20,897 nucleotides of DNA, taken from positions 1 through 20,897 of the forward strand of contig NW_021823850.1 in assembly GCF_006345805.1 (NCBI RefSeq), written 5' to 3'. Position 1 is the first letter of the stretch, and every line of letters begins with the position of its first letter. Shown here piece by piece: positions 20,021 to 20,897 of the stretch. The stretch is from Octopus sinensis (lineage: Eukaryota). Made by a program: the position numbers and the translations under genes. The notes beneath the pieces were generated by a model. The model saw nothing but the letters and a program-made list of their open reading frames with translations. It did no database searches and had not been told where the DNA came from.

Positions 20021-20080
20021 GGTGCAGGTGTGCCTGTCTGGTAAGCATTTTGCTTTTAAACCACATGGTTTCGTGTTCAG
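20021..20080 (+). mobile_element. Family C SINE head fragment
   Basis: ggtgcaggtgtgcctgtctggtaag...aaccacatggtttcgtgttcag aligns with 2746-2805. Confidence 0.6.
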
Positions 20081-20897
20081 TATAGATGTAGGTATGTACA
20101 TATATGGATGTATGTTTGCATATGTTTTATTTATTATCTTGTTATTATATCATCAAACGCCACTCAGCCACTTCTAAGTAAGTTTTATATATATATGTAT
20201 AAGGGTGAAAAGGAACACACAAGTTGATATTTTTTTCATATATATATATACACACGAGCAAACAAAAATACCTGTTTATTGTTTACATGGATGTTACGTA
20301 TATGTCAATAATACCCACTATTGAGTTCTTTTGTATTCGGTCTTGAAAATGGGTTTAAGCGAGCATAAAATCATATATGTGCATGTGTATGTCTGTAGGA
20401 GTGGCGGCCAATTTGTGAGGTAGTACAATGTAATTTAGTGCACTTCTACTAATACAGTCCGCTAACACCTTGCGAGTCACGTGGTAAATTGGTCACGGTC
20501 GGAACCTCAGCTCTTGTACAGACCATACTCCCCCTCCTCTTCTCCAACCATTATTTACCTTTATGCCACTATACATTTCTTAACGGATAACATAGGTGTT
20601 CATTTCTACAGCCAATTTTGCAATAGAACACATTTTGAATTATAAAATTTAAATACAAAGAAACAGGAAAAAGATTTAAAAATATGGCAAAGAGAGTAAA
20701 AAAACAAAGGAGGTAAAGCAGCAGAAGGCGGAGGAAGGGAGGAAAATGGGGCACACACCTCGGAACAAAATGGGTTTTCATCCGCGCCCCGCGGTAATGA
20801 TCGTGATAACATAGCCGCAGAGATTGGCCAGTGAGACTCGCTGCAGCAGCCACTCCACCTCGCGGAGTTCATTTCTCGCAGTTATCCCAATTTTTCG

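Noticed and set aside
20416-20425. TGAGGTAGTA, the first 10 nt of let-7
   Set aside because: The match stops at 10 nt and no precursor hairpin forms.

Overview
Eukaryotic non-coding DNA with no intact protein-coding gene. It is most likely an intron or intergenic region of an octopod (Octopus), inferred from the microsatellite density and SINE families I recognise from memory. Almost all ORFs in the supplied track are microsatellite read-throughs. The window is a stack of nested mobile elements: (1) a ~2.1 kb Mutator/Phantom-type DNA transposon (5703-7826) with tandem-repeat TIRs and a decayed FLYWCH+MULE transposase; (2) a 1464-bp non-autonomous Helitron (12771-14234); (3) a 225-bp Tc1/mariner-type MITE; (4) the 3' end of a Tc1 element; (5) the C-terminal remnant of an R4/Dong-type RLE retrotransposon; (6) a probable Penelope-like element (PLE) ORF remnant; (7) two short PLE-end-like elements carrying minimal hammerhead-ribozyme motifs, one with an intact core; (8) about 20 copies or fragments of at least four tRNA-derived SINE families. 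The most interesting observations are the hammerhead motifs, a SINE forming 184-bp head-less concatemers with a base-precise junction, a SINE-internal microsatellite repeatedly used as an insertion site, and an isolated perfect 19-bp hairpin. All alignments were done by eye; no database search was run, so family names are provisional.
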